Assembly (NCBI GenBank): GCA_041178425.1
Contig: JBEGVH010000030.1
Location: forward strand, 64,001-128,000
From: Pseudomonadota bacterium
Lineage (GTDB): Bacteria; Bdellovibrionota; Bdellovibrionia; Bdellovibrionales; Bdellovibrionaceae
Length of the DNA stretch: 64,000 nt
Direction of reading: 5' to 3'
Under the pieces are notes generated by a model. It was not told where the DNA came from. It made no database searches and saw only the letters and a list, made by a program, of their open reading frames with translations. The position numbers were made by a program, and so were the translations under genes. Shown one piece after another: positions 38,335-47,695 of the stretch. Within the stretch, counting starts at the first letter, position 1, and the number at the start of each line of letters is the position of its first letter.

Positions 38335-41058
38335 TTAACGAGGTCCTTGGGCCACAGCCGCTTTAGACTTTCTTAGTGTCGTTTTCACACCAGCTTTTTT
38401 GGCCGGTGCATCCACTTTAGATTCTACAGCCTTAGATTTGCCCGCTCCTTTTTTAGCGGCACCAACAGGAGCCTTCTTCTTGGAGCTGGCGCTAGACTTT
38501 TTACCTTTAGCGACCGCTGCGCCGATGAGTTCAACGGCCATTGCTGGTGTTACCTGATCCACAGTCACACCCTCAGGAAGGGACTGATTTTTCTTTCCCA
38601 TTTTGAGATAAGGACCATAAGGACCATTCACCAATTGAATAGCTTCACCGCTCCCCGGATGGGCGCCCAATTCTTTCAGCACCTGAGAGCTTCCTCTTCC
38701 TTTTTTAGGTTGATTTAAAAGCTCAAGGGCCTTCTCAAAACTGATCTTAAGAAAGTTTTCACCTTTTGGAATAGAACGAAAATCTCCATCACACACCACA
38801 TAAGGTCCAAATCGACCAATACCGACCTTAATGTCTTTTTGTTTTTCTGGGTGCAGTCCTAGATTTTTTGGCAAACTTAATAGCTCCTGCGCCGACTCAA
38901 AGGTTACCTGCGATGGATCCATGTTCGGTGGCATCGAAACTCGCTTCGGCTTGGACTCCTCGCCGTCGCTCTCTCCCAATTGTACATAGGGACCATATCG
39001 GCCACTCAAAACATATACATTTTGACCCGTGGCGGGGTCTTTTCCAAGACTATCGGCACCTTTTTGTTTTTGTTCGATCCACTTCTCGATGAGATCTGGA
39101 GTGATATCTGCCGGAGCATCTTTTTCTGGAATAGACGCGCTAACACTCTCGCCGTCTTTTTTGGTTTCCACGTAGGCACCGTAACGACCCACCTTGAATG
39201 CATATCCAGCTAATCCATCAAGGTAAACTGAACGCGCTTCTTCAGGGTCGATCTTTTCTGCCTGAGCATCAACCTGAGCTCTCAAACCTTTTTTACCCGA
39301 ATAAACCGACTCAAGATATTTCAGAGATTCAAGATCTCCCTCAGCAATTGTATCTAGAGATCTTTCCATTGCCGCGGTAAAACCAAGATCAACGTATTCT
39401 TGGAGATATTGCTCTAAAAGCTTGGATACAACCATGGCCGTAAACGTAGGGACCAACGCTCCACCCATCTTGCGCACATAACCTCGATCGATGATGGTAC
39501 CAATGATGGATGCGTAGGTCGACGGACGCCCGATTCCCTCTTTTTCCATGGTTTGAACAAGGCTTGCTTCGGTAAACCGAGCAGGAGGCTTGGTTTCGTG
39601 ATCTGTTGAATTTAACTGCTTACAGCTGATTTGATCCCCGGCCTTAAGAGCCGGCAATCGAACTTCACGCTCTGCTAAATCGGCTTCGGGATCATCAGAT
39701 CCCTCCACATAAGCACGAAGAAAGCCAGGAAACTCAATTGTCATTCCCGTCGCATTAAAAATCGCCGGGCCCGCTTCAATCTTAACTTGTAATTGCTTTT
39801 GCCTAGCCTCAGTCATCTGACTTGCAACCGTTCGCTTCCAGATTAAATCATACAAACGAAATTGTAGCCCATCGAGACCCGTATCTTCTGGATCAATAAA
39901 GTTTTGACCTGCAGGACGAATAGCTTCGTGAGCCTCCTGAGCGCCCTTCACTTTCTTGGCCGCATAATTGATTGGCTGTGATGGGAGATACTCAGCACCG
40001 TACTTAGTTTTAATGCAACTTCGAGCGGCCCCAACTGCCTCTTGCGATAAGAAGGTTGAGTCAGTACGCATGTAAGTAATAAAACCTTGTTCGTACAACT
40101 TTTGAGCTAACTGCATGGTTTCTCGAGAACTTAAGCCAAGCTTACGGTTAGATTCCTGTTGCAGAGTAGAGGTAATAAAGGGAGGAGCTGGCCTGCGAGA
40201 GACCGGCTTCTCTACAACCTCTTGAACCTTCCAATTATTAGCCAAAAGATCTCTCGCCAAGCTTTTTGCCTGAGTTTCACCTAGCAACAAAAGGTCTTTT
40301 CCAGCTGTGAGTTGCCCCGTGGTGCCATCAAAATCTTTTCCGGTAGCGATTCGCTGACCGTTATAAGAAAGCAAAGACGCATTAAATGGATGCTTCTCTT
40401 TCTCTAGATCCGCATTAAGTCCCCAATAATTGGCCTTTTTAAACTTAATTCGTTCGCGCTCACGCTCCACAATGAGTCGAACAGCAACAGACTGAACACG
40501 CCCTGCCGATAATCCGTAGGCCACCTTCTTCCAGATGAGCGGGGAAATCGTATAACCAACCAAACGATCGAGAATTCTTCGCGCCTCTTGTGCACGCACC
40601 AAATTAAAATCGATATCTCGAGTGTCTTGAAGAGACTTTTCTATCGCCGTTTTAGTGATTTCGTGAAAAACCATTCGCTTTACTGGAACTTTTGGTTTCA
40701 AAACTTCGACCAAATGCCAACTGATGGACTCACCTTCGCGGTCTTCATCGGTCGCGAGAAAGAGTTCATCGGCCTCTTCGAGTTTTTGCTTCAACTCACG
40801 AACAACTTTGGTTTTATTATTAGGAATACAATAAATTGGTTCAAAATCTTTTTCGACATTGACCCCAAGATGAGCCCATTCCTCTTTTTTGAACTTTTCT
40901 GGAATATCTTTTGCTGACTGCGGAAGATCACGAATGTGTCCCATGCAAGATTCGACTAAGTAGTTCTTACCCAGAAACTTTCTGATGGTTTTTGCTTTGG
41001 TGGGAGACTCCACAATTACTAATTTTGTACCAGTCCCGCCCGTACCTTTTTTAGCCAT
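38335..41058 (-). CDS. topA: DNA topoisomerase I (type IA) with C-terminal repeats and Lys-rich tail
   Basis: IVESPTKAK, ATDEDREGE, SAGRVQS and catalytic ITYMRTDS; GRYGPY-type C-terminal repeats; start at ATG 41058. Confidence 0.97.
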   Translation of the reverse strand: MAKKGTGGTGTKLVIVESPTKAKTIRKFLGKNYLVESCMGHIRDLPQSAKDIPEKFKKEEWAHLGVNVEKDFEPIYCIPNNKTKVVRELKQKLEEADELFLATDEDREGESISWHLVEVLKPKVPVKRMVFHEITKTAIEKSLQDTRDIDFNLVRAQEARRILDRLVGYTISPLIWKKVAYGLSAGRVQSVAVRLIVERERERIKFKKANYWGLNADLEKEKHPFNASLLSYNGQRIATGKDFDGTTGQLTAGKDLLLLGETQAKSLARDLLANNWKVQEVVEKPVSRRPAPPFITSTLQQESNRKLGLSSRETMQLAQKLYEQGFITYMRTDSTFLSQEAVGAARSCIKTKYGAEYLPSQPINYAAKKVKGAQEAHEAIRPAGQNFIDPEDTGLDGLQFRLYDLIWKRTVASQMTEARQKQLQVKIEAGPAIFNATGMTIEFPGFLRAYVEGSDDPEADLAEREVRLPALKAGDQISCKQLNSTDHETKPPARFTEASLVQTMEKEGIGRPSTYASIIGTIIDRGYVRKMGGALVPTFTAMVVSKLLEQYLQEYVDLGFTAAMERSLDTIAEGDLESLKYLESVYSGKKGLRAQVDAQAEKIDPEEARSVYLDGLAGYAFKVGRYGAYVETKKDGESVSASIPEKDAPADITPDLIEKWIEQKQKGADSLGKDPATGQNVYVLSGRYGPYVQLGESDGEESKPKRVSMPPNMDPSQVTFESAQELLSLPKNLGLHPEKQKDIKVGIGRFGPYVVCDGDFRSIPKGENFLKISFEKALELLNQPKKGRGSSQVLKELGAHPGSGEAIQLVNGPYGPYLKMGKKNQSLPEGVTVDQVTPAMAVELIGAAVAKGKKSSASSKKKAPVGAAKKGAGKSKAVESKVDAPAKKAGVKTTLRKSKAAVAQGPR

Positions 41059-41190
41059 GCACCAATTCCCCAAAATGAAATAATCGCAACAACAGTGCTC
41101 GTCTTGACAACAATACCCTCAAAATGAAACCTTCTCCTTATTTTCGCAAGCTGTATTTATGTGTACTGCGGCATCAAACACGGAGACTCG

Positions 41191-41976
41191 ATGAAACTAG
41201 TAGAAAATTTTAATGCCCCACTAAGATTTTTATTTTCCGATATCGACGACACCATGACCGACGAAGGACAACTCCATCCCAAAGCCTACGAGGCCCTGTG
41301 GCAACTCTCTCGTGCAGGAATTCACGTTATTCCTGTCACTGGTCGCCCCGCTGGATGGTGCGAAATGATCGCTCGCATGTGGCCCGTACAAGGAGTTGTC
41401 GGCGAGAATGGAGCCTTTTATTTTAGGTACAAAGACAAAACTATGCAGAGATTCTTTTTTTCAGATGAAAGCACACGAATTCATAATCAAAAAAAATTAG
41501 AACTCATCCGCACAGAAGTCCTCACGCAAATTCCTGGTTGCGCGATAGCGTCTGATCAGTTTTGCCGATTGTTTGATCTTGCTGTCGACTTCTGCGAAGA
41601 TGTCCCAGCCCTAGGCAAAGAATCGGTACAAAAGATTGTTGATATTTTTTCTAAACATGGCGCCCAAGCAAAAATTAGCTCTATTCACGTAAATGGGTGG
41701 TTTGGAACTTATGATAAACTCACAATGGTCCTCAAATATCTAGAGAAAGAATGGAACATTAGTACGACCGAGGCCAAAGCGAATGCCGGGTTTTCGGGAG
41801 ATTCTCCAAATGATGAACCAATGTTTGCCTTTTTTCCAAATTCATTTGGCGTCGCCAACATTAAAGATTTTGAAGCTCAACTAAAAAGCCCCCCGCAATT
41901 TGTCGCTTCAAAAAGAGGTGGCGAGGGCTTTGTTGAAATCGCCAACCAAATTATTAAAAACAGCCTTCATCAATAA
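41191..41976 (+). CDS. HAD-superfamily subfamily IIB hydrolase
   Basis: DIDDTMT, VTGR and GDSPND motifs; GGAG RBS before ATG 41191. Confidence 0.88.
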   Translation: MKLVENFNAPLRFLFSDIDDTMTDEGQLHPKAYEALWQLSRAGIHVIPVTGRPAGWCEMIARMWPVQGVVGENGAFYFRYKDKTMQRFFFSDESTRIHNQKKLELIRTEVLTQIPGCAIASDQFCRLFDLAVDFCEDVPALGKESVQKIVDIFSKHGAQAKISSIHVNGWFGTYDKLTMVLKYLEKEWNISTTEAKANAGFSGDSPNDEPMFAFFPNSFGVANIKDFEAQLKSPPQFVASKRGGEGFVEIANQIIKNSLHQ

Positions 41977-42003
41977 AAAAGGGAGACCGAAGCCTCCCTT
42001 TTT
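41976..42003. terminator. Bidirectional intrinsic terminator between the HAD gene and tex
   Basis: AAAAAGGGAG-accgaagc-CTCCCTTTTT. Confidence 0.85.
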
Positions 42004-42025
42004 AAAGCTATTTCTTTAGTGCTAA

Positions 42026-44461
42026 TTATTTCTTATTTAACCCCTGAAGAGCCGCGAATGGGTTATTAAATGGATTTTGTTGGGGGCGACGAGAACCTTC
42101 GTCTCGAGGCTTGCCTCCTCCAAATCCACCTCCCTGTGGCTTCCCTTGGCCCGCTGGTTTTGCACCAGCTCCAGCTCCCGGACGATAACCCGACTTGGCG
42201 TTGGCTCCTGGTGCCGCCCCTCGATCACGTTGAGGGCGATCACCCTCTGGGCGAGCCCGAAACGTACCCTCCGCCGACTTTGGCTTCTGAGCACTAGGAT
42301 CAAGAATCATCGAGAAACTAATTTGATTTTTGGCCAAATCAACAGCCAAGACACGGACAGAAACGTGGTCTCCCGGGTTTACAACTTTTCTAGGATCATC
42401 AACAAACTGCTGTGACATTTCCGAAATGTGAACCAGTCCATCCTGGTGAACGCCCACATCAACAAAGGCTCCAAAGTTTGTAACGTTTGTGACCACTCCA
42501 GGACAGATCATCCCTTCCTTGAGGTCTTTGACCTCAGAAATGTCTTCTTTAAATTGAAACACCTTAAACGGATCACGAGGATCACGCCCAGGTTTTTCAA
42601 GCTCTTTCACAATATCATCAAAGGTGTACTCACCGATAATCGTCGCCCACTTTGTTCGAATATCGAGAATTTTCTTAGCTCCAGAGCCAATCAAATCGGT
42701 AACAGCAATACCAAGCTCCTGGGCCATATCTTTAACGGCCGAGTATCGCTCAGGGTGAATTCCCGTGTTGTCCAACGTTACTTTGCCACCACGAATTCGC
42801 AAAAAGCCGGCCGCTTGCTCAAACACCTTGGTGCTAAATTTCGAAACATTCAAGAGCTCCGAACGATCACTAAAGAGCCCTTTAGTCTTTCGGTACTCTA
42901 CAATATTTTGTGCCAAGGCTGGCCCAATTCCAGAAACATACGCCAACAATGGAGCCGATGCCGTATTGAGATCAACTCCGACATTGTTTACGCAAGACTC
43001 AACAACCGCTTCCAAACCTTTTTTAAGTGCCGTTTGATTCACATCATGTTGGTATTGCCCAACACCGATAGATTTTGGATCGACTTTAACAAGCTCAGCC
43101 AATGGGTCTTGTAAGCGTCTAGCAATCGAGATCGCACCACGAACGGTAACATCAAGATCTGGAAATTCTACGCGAGCAATATCAGAAGCCGAATACACGC
43201 TCGCTCCTGATTCATTGACCATTATCACTGGGATATCTTGATTCATATCTTTTACGAGTTTACGAAAAAACGCTTCGGTTTCTCTACCCGCAGTCCCATT
43301 ACCAACGGCAATCGCCTCAATCTTGATACTCTTGAGAACTTCTTCGAAAAGCTTTTTCACATTCTCGGTTGCACGCTCACCCTGAAGGTGCATGACCGTG
43401 TGAGAAATCATATTGCCGCCCTTATCAACGAGGGCAACTTTACAACCCGTTCTCAAACCTGGATCGATTCCGAGAACTACTTTTGGTCCGTAAGGTGAAC
43501 CCAAAAGAACTCGTCTCACATTTTCTGCGAATACTGTAATCGCATGCTCATCAGCATGCTGCTTCAAAATACGGTGAACTTCATTGACCACCGAAGGGAT
43601 CACATAAACGGTCAGCGCCATTTTAGCGGCATGAGTGAGAAACTCGCCCACGGCCGTATTCGGTACGGTGGTTGCCTCACGATTGAACGCAGCAAGGAGA
43701 GCATCATCGTTTCCTTTAACCTCTAATGAGAGCTCCTCTTCTTGCCAACCTCTTCGCATGGCTAAGTATCTGTGGCTGGCCTTTGCATCCATAAGATTTT
43801 TAACTGGCTCTTCGAACTCAGCATACATTTCAAATTTAGAGTGCTCTTTAAACGTTTTCGTTTTCTTCGAAAAGATTTTTCCGTGTTTTTGATAGTCTTC
43901 AAGAACCAACGTTCGAAGATTGGGTGCATTCGAAAGTCTTTCTATAATGATATCTTTTGCACCATTAAGAGCAGCATCGTAGGTGGCGACATTTGCAGCG
44001 GCATTAATAAAGTCTTTCGCCTTCACCTCGAGCGTTGTTTGATCCGATAGCAATCCATGACCAAGGTCCCAAATCCACTGGGACAAAGGTTCCAAACCGG
44101 CGTCTCTTGCAATCGTGGCTTTGGTTTTCTTTTTCTTTTTGAATGGACGATAAATTTCTTCTAATTCACCCAAATCGTAGGAAAGCTCAATGCGCTTTTT
44201 AATGTCATCTGTGAGATTACCTTGATCGCCGATCTCTTTAATTAAAAATGCTTTACGTTTTACTACTTCATTAAAAGTCTCGTGCCCTTCAACGACAGCA
44301 CGAATCTGCACTTCATCGAGATTGCCAGTCTTTTCTTTTCGATAACGGGCAATAAATGGAACCGTTCCTCCCTCTTTGGTGAGCTCAATAACTGCGTTGG
44401 CAGATTTAAACGGTATTGTTGGTAATGTTTTTGCGATGAAGCTTTGAAATGTCATTTCCAT
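42026..44461 (-). CDS. tex: Tex-family transcription accessory protein (S1 domain)
   Basis: TVPFIARYRKE, IDPGLRTGCK, GNGTAGRET and SIGVGQYQHD; S1 FGAFVDVGVHQDGLVHIS. Confidence 0.96.
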   Translation of the reverse strand: MEMTFQSFIAKTLPTIPFKSANAVIELTKEGGTVPFIARYRKEKTGNLDEVQIRAVVEGHETFNEVVKRKAFLIKEIGDQGNLTDDIKKRIELSYDLGELEEIYRPFKKKKKTKATIARDAGLEPLSQWIWDLGHGLLSDQTTLEVKAKDFINAAANVATYDAALNGAKDIIIERLSNAPNLRTLVLEDYQKHGKIFSKKTKTFKEHSKFEMYAEFEEPVKNLMDAKASHRYLAMRRGWQEEELSLEVKGNDDALLAAFNREATTVPNTAVGEFLTHAAKMALTVYVIPSVVNEVHRILKQHADEHAITVFAENVRRVLLGSPYGPKVVLGIDPGLRTGCKVALVDKGGNMISHTVMHLQGERATENVKKLFEEVLKSIKIEAIAVGNGTAGRETEAFFRKLVKDMNQDIPVIMVNESGASVYSASDIARVEFPDLDVTVRGAISIARRLQDPLAELVKVDPKSIGVGQYQHDVNQTALKKGLEAVVESCVNNVGVDLNTASAPLLAYVSGIGPALAQNIVEYRKTKGLFSDRSELLNVSKFSTKVFEQAAGFLRIRGGKVTLDNTGIHPERYSAVKDMAQELGIAVTDLIGSGAKKILDIRTKWATIIGEYTFDDIVKELEKPGRDPRDPFKVFQFKEDISEVKDLKEGMICPGVVTNVTNFGAFVDVGVHQDGLVHISEMSQQFVDDPRKVVNPGDHVSVRVLAVDLAKNQISFSMILDPSAQKPKSAEGTFRARPEGDRPQRDRGAAPGANAKSGYRPGAGAGAKPAGQGKPQGGGFGGGKPRDEGSRRPQQNPFNNPFAALQGLNKK

Positions 44462-44479
44462 GAACGAGAACCTCGATAA

Positions 44480-44698
44480 TTATTTGTGACGATACATGAT
44501 TAGGCCATGAGTAGGATCGTAGGGAGAAACCCCAACAGTGACTCGATCCCCCACAACCACTCGAATATTAAATCGACGCATTTTTCCACAGAGTTTAGCC
44601 ATGACCTCTACTTTGTTATCTAATTCAACTTTGTAGAGACCACCAGCCAAAGCATCCGTTACCTTGCCATCTAACTGTGCTAAATCTTCCTTTGCCAT
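44480..44698 (-). CDS. infA: Translation initiation factor IF-1
   Basis: 72 aa; MAKED...GKMR..NIRV..GDRVTV..SPYD...G.I.YR. Confidence 0.97.
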   Translation of the reverse strand: MAKEDLAQLDGKVTDALAGGLYKVELDNKVEVMAKLCGKMRRFNIRVVVGDRVTVGVSPYDPTHGLIMYRHK

Positions 44699-44708
44699 GC
44701 GCTTCCTT

Positions 44709-45317
44709 CTAAGACTTTGATTTATAGTTACTGATTAAGTGCTTAATACCTGAGCGAAACAATACTTCCAAGCGATCATTGACAACCGAAAGTACAAAAC
44801 CCCACCCCAAGACCTTGTGCTCTATGGGTGTTTTTTCTAAGAATACTTCAGACATTCTATAAGGAAGAGGCTTGATGTTTTTATTTTTATCTCTAAGCTC
44901 CAACCACTTAGATTCTTCTTCCGTCGCCCCCTCATATTTTTTACCCTTTTTACCTGTCAAAACTTGGGATTCAAACTCATCAACAGGTGCGGCCACTGGC
45001 ACTTCTTCGGCCGGTTTAACGGCTTTTACTTTTGGGGCTTTCTCTTTTTTAGTGGGCGCTAGAACGACCGCAACTTTTGCTGTCTTTTCCACTTTTTTGG
45101 AAGGTTTTACCACAGACTTGGCTTCCACTTTAACTTTTACTGACTTAGCAGGTGCAGACAATGCAACAGGCGCCTTCTTCGGAGCTCCTGCTTTTTTAGA
45201 GGACTCAGATTTTTTAATTTTCTTATCTGGCTCCGACTTCTTGGAGACTATTGCTTTTGCCTTTGCCGGTTTTTTTACCGGCTTCGCAACTACTTTTTTG
45301 GTCGCTTTCTTGGCCAT
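44709..45317 (-). CDS. Hypothetical protein: Lys/Ala/Pro-rich histone-H1-like N-terminus plus small Tudor/SH3-like C-terminal domain
   Basis: KKPAKAK/PKKAP repeats; C-terminal IEHKVLGWGFV...LEVLF..GIKHL; start at ATG 45317 is inferred. Confidence 0.7.
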   Translation of the reverse strand: MAKKATKKVVAKPVKKPAKAKAIVSKKSEPDKKIKKSESSKKAGAPKKAPVALSAPAKSVKVKVEAKSVVKPSKKVEKTAKVAVVLAPTKKEKAPKVKAVKPAEEVPVAAPVDEFESQVLTGKKGKKYEGATEEESKWLELRDKNKNIKPLPYRMSEVFLEKTPIEHKVLGWGFVLSVVNDRLEVLFRSGIKHLISNYKSKS

Positions 45318-45543
45318 TGCCTTACACCTTTCAATAAAGTTCTTCAGCATTGAATCACCGCCAAACACCGCCTCGAGCGATGCTGCACTTTGTTAATCGC
45401 GCTAAAGTGATACCGCCTTAGTTACTTTAGTGCTTATCCAATATCTTTATTTTAAAATCAACGCGGTCAAATAATCGGACTTAGTTTAGGAAGTAGTGCG
45501 TTGTCGAGTCAATGCTACAATTTATTTTTTAAGGATAATTAGA

Positions 45544-46611
45544 ATGGTTCAACTCCAAAAAATCACCACTGAACACCCCCAACTCCTGGAAGTCATTCAT
45601 GGGACTTTGGATCTTTCGGTTGAAAGGGTCTCTCCTCCCGATCTTGCGGGCCATAATACTATATGCTTTGTATCGGTCGCAAATCATCTTGTAGATCTTG
45701 AAAAAACAGAGAGCAGAGTTTGGATTGTTTCAAAAACACTCCTCACCAAAAAAGGCGAGGACTTATTAAATCTTGCGAAAAAATCATCTGCAACACTTCT
45801 CGCATGCTCCAACATCCAAATCGCCATGGCTCATATTCTCAGGTACTTTGATCGTCATGAGGACTTAAAAGCCTATCCTGCAGGCATTTCACCTAACGCA
45901 TGGGTGCATCCAAGCGCTAAAATTGGAAAGCAGGTCACTATCGCGCCGTTTAGTACCATTGGACCCAATGTGGAGATTGGAGATTCTGTCGTTTTAGGCC
46001 CTCATTGCATCATCGAGGGAGAGGCGATCATTGGAGCTCATACCTTTATTGAAGGACATGCTTTCGTAGGTCGGCAGTGCCAAATAGGACAACATTGCCG
46101 TATTAAACCTTTTGCTTCCATCGGCACCAATGGCTTTGGGTATGCCCCAACGAATGATGGTGCATTAGCCATTCCTCAAATTGGATCGGTTGTTATTGAA
46201 GATTACGTTGATATTGGTTCCGGAACTTGTATTGACCGCGCTACGTTGACTCAAACTCGAATTGGCCGAGGCACTAAAATCGATAACCTTGTTCACATCG
46301 CTCACAACTGTGATATCGGAAGGTACTGCTTTATCACTGCACAATTTGCCATTGCCGGATCTTCAAAGATTGGAGATTTCTTCATGACCGGAGGAACTTC
46401 GGCCGTTGGAGACCATGTGACTATCCATGAAAAAGTCACTCTTGCTGGCGCCTCTGTGGTTACCAGCGACATCGATAAACCAGGCGCGTGGGGAGGCAAT
46501 CCAGTCCAACCAATGCAAGATTACCTAAAAACACGATCGATTAGTGGGCAGTTACCAAAGATGAGAAAACAGTTAAATAAAATAATCAAACATTTGGGCC
46601 TTGAAGATTAA
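45544..46611 (+). CDS. lpxD: UDP-3-O-acylglucosamine N-acyltransferase
   Basis: Hexapeptide repeats; GFGY, IPQIG.V.I, CIDR and [14 protein letters not shown] 45544 after AAGGA. Confidence 0.95.
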   Translation: MVQLQKITTEHPQLLEVIHGTLDLSVERVSPPDLAGHNTICFVSVANHLVDLEKTESRVWIVSKTLLTKKGEDLLNLAKKSSATLLACSNIQIAMAHILRYFDRHEDLKAYPAGISPNAWVHPSAKIGKQVTIAPFSTIGPNVEIGDSVVLGPHCIIEGEAIIGAHTFIEGHAFVGRQCQIGQHCRIKPFASIGTNGFGYAPTNDGALAIPQIGSVVIEDYVDIGSGTCIDRATLTQTRIGRGTKIDNLVHIAHNCDIGRYCFITAQFAIAGSSKIGDFFMTGGTSAVGDHVTIHEKVTLAGASVVTSDIDKPGAWGGNPVQPMQDYLKTRSISGQLPKMRKQLNKIIKHLGLED

Positions 46612-46674
46612 TCACCTTTTCCATTGCCAAGCCCTTGAAGAAACACTATCCCCAAGTTGCCAAAAGGAGGCCCC

Positions 46675-47034
46675 ATGTTTAGTTATCAAACGTACAAAAT
46701 GGTTCACTACTTTGGATTGATTCTTTTGTTCTTTGGAATCGGTGGTGTTCTTATTCCAAGTATTTCTGGATTTTCAATTCAGGGAAAACCTCGAGTTGTT
46801 GCTTTCGTGACCCATGGAATCGGCATGCTTTTTCTCCTCATTGGAGGTTTTGGAATGCTTGCGCGCCTTCAGCTCGATGGAATTCCGCCATGGATTCACG
46901 TCAAATTAGCGGTCTGGCTAATTATGGGACTCGCAATAGGCTTAGCAAAAAGAATGCCTTCATGGCTTGTTATGGTTGCCATCATTGCCATTGCTATGAT
47001 CGCACCATACATGGCTATCTATAAACCTATTTGA
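46675..47034 (+). CDS. Small 4-TM membrane protein (SirB2-like)
   Basis: AAGGAGG RBS; YKMVH, HG.G.L and W..VKL pattern with four hydrophobic helices. Confidence 0.6.
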   Translation: MFSYQTYKMVHYFGLILLFFGIGGVLIPSISGFSIQGKPRVVAFVTHGIGMLFLLIGGFGMLARLQLDGIPPWIHVKLAVWLIMGLAIGLAKRMPSWLVMVAIIAIAMIAPYMAIYKPI

Positions 47035-47695
47035 TTTTTTTAGATTTGATTTTTGGAGCCTGTGGCGACTGAAGCTTCGACGAGGGTAGAATTGGCAAAA
47101 GCTTTTTTAATTCCCTCGTCTCCATCGGTTGCCAAAAATTAGGTCGTGCCTTAAGAACAAAGTCGGAATGATCTTCGATTAATTGGTTGGCCAAGTTCAA
47201 ACTTTCTAAGCCTGAAGGACTTTCAATAAGCCACATTTTGGTTGGCCCCTCCTCAGGATATCTTTTTAACACCTTCAAATCTAGTTTTTGCCACAAGGAC
47301 TGAATAGCCGAGATTTCCAATCCCGGCTTTAAATAAACAAACACTCCCCCCGCTAGAGCCTTGATATCGCCATTCTCCTTGAAAAGGGGAGAACTCTGAT
47401 CCCATCCTCCACTGGTCTTACTGGCTATTGCCTTAGAATATGCGCTCGAATTCAAAAGTAAAATTCGAGCACCCGGAAACTTTCTCTCTGCCAAGGGCTT
47501 TTGAGTTTTAGTCAACGAAGGCTGGTAGGTTCCTGGTTCGGCTGTCGCAAATTCAACGATGTAATTGGGTACCGGCTCGAGCAGAACTTTCTCTCCCTCT
47601 TCATTCCAATAATAGGTTGATATCACCTGAGCAAACAAAGCTGGGGTCATCATTAATAAAACAAAAAACATTACTCCAATCGGTTTAATGCCCAT
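47027..47695 (-). CDS. Secreted protein resembling a subtilase propeptide or external chaperone
   Basis: Signal peptide; GGVFVYLKPG...SLNLANQL...V..ARPNFW pro-domain-like pattern; overlaps the stop of the upstream S8 gene. Confidence 0.55.
   Translation of the reverse strand: MGIKPIGVMFFVLLMMTPALFAQVISTYYWNEEGEKVLLEPVPNYIVEFATAEPGTYQPSLTKTQKPLAERKFPGARILLLNSSAYSKAIASKTSGGWDQSSPLFKENGDIKALAGGVFVYLKPGLEISAIQSLWQKLDLKVLKRYPEEGPTKMWLIESPSGLESLNLANQLIEDHSDFVLKARPNFWQPMETRELKKLLPILPSSKLQSPQAPKIKSKKIK

Noticed and set aside
42428..43114. 228-aa plus-strand ORF, and similar antisense ORFs such as 22880-23395, 44872-45396 and 58585-59175
   Set aside because: Each lies entirely antisense to a well-supported gene and has no protein motifs.
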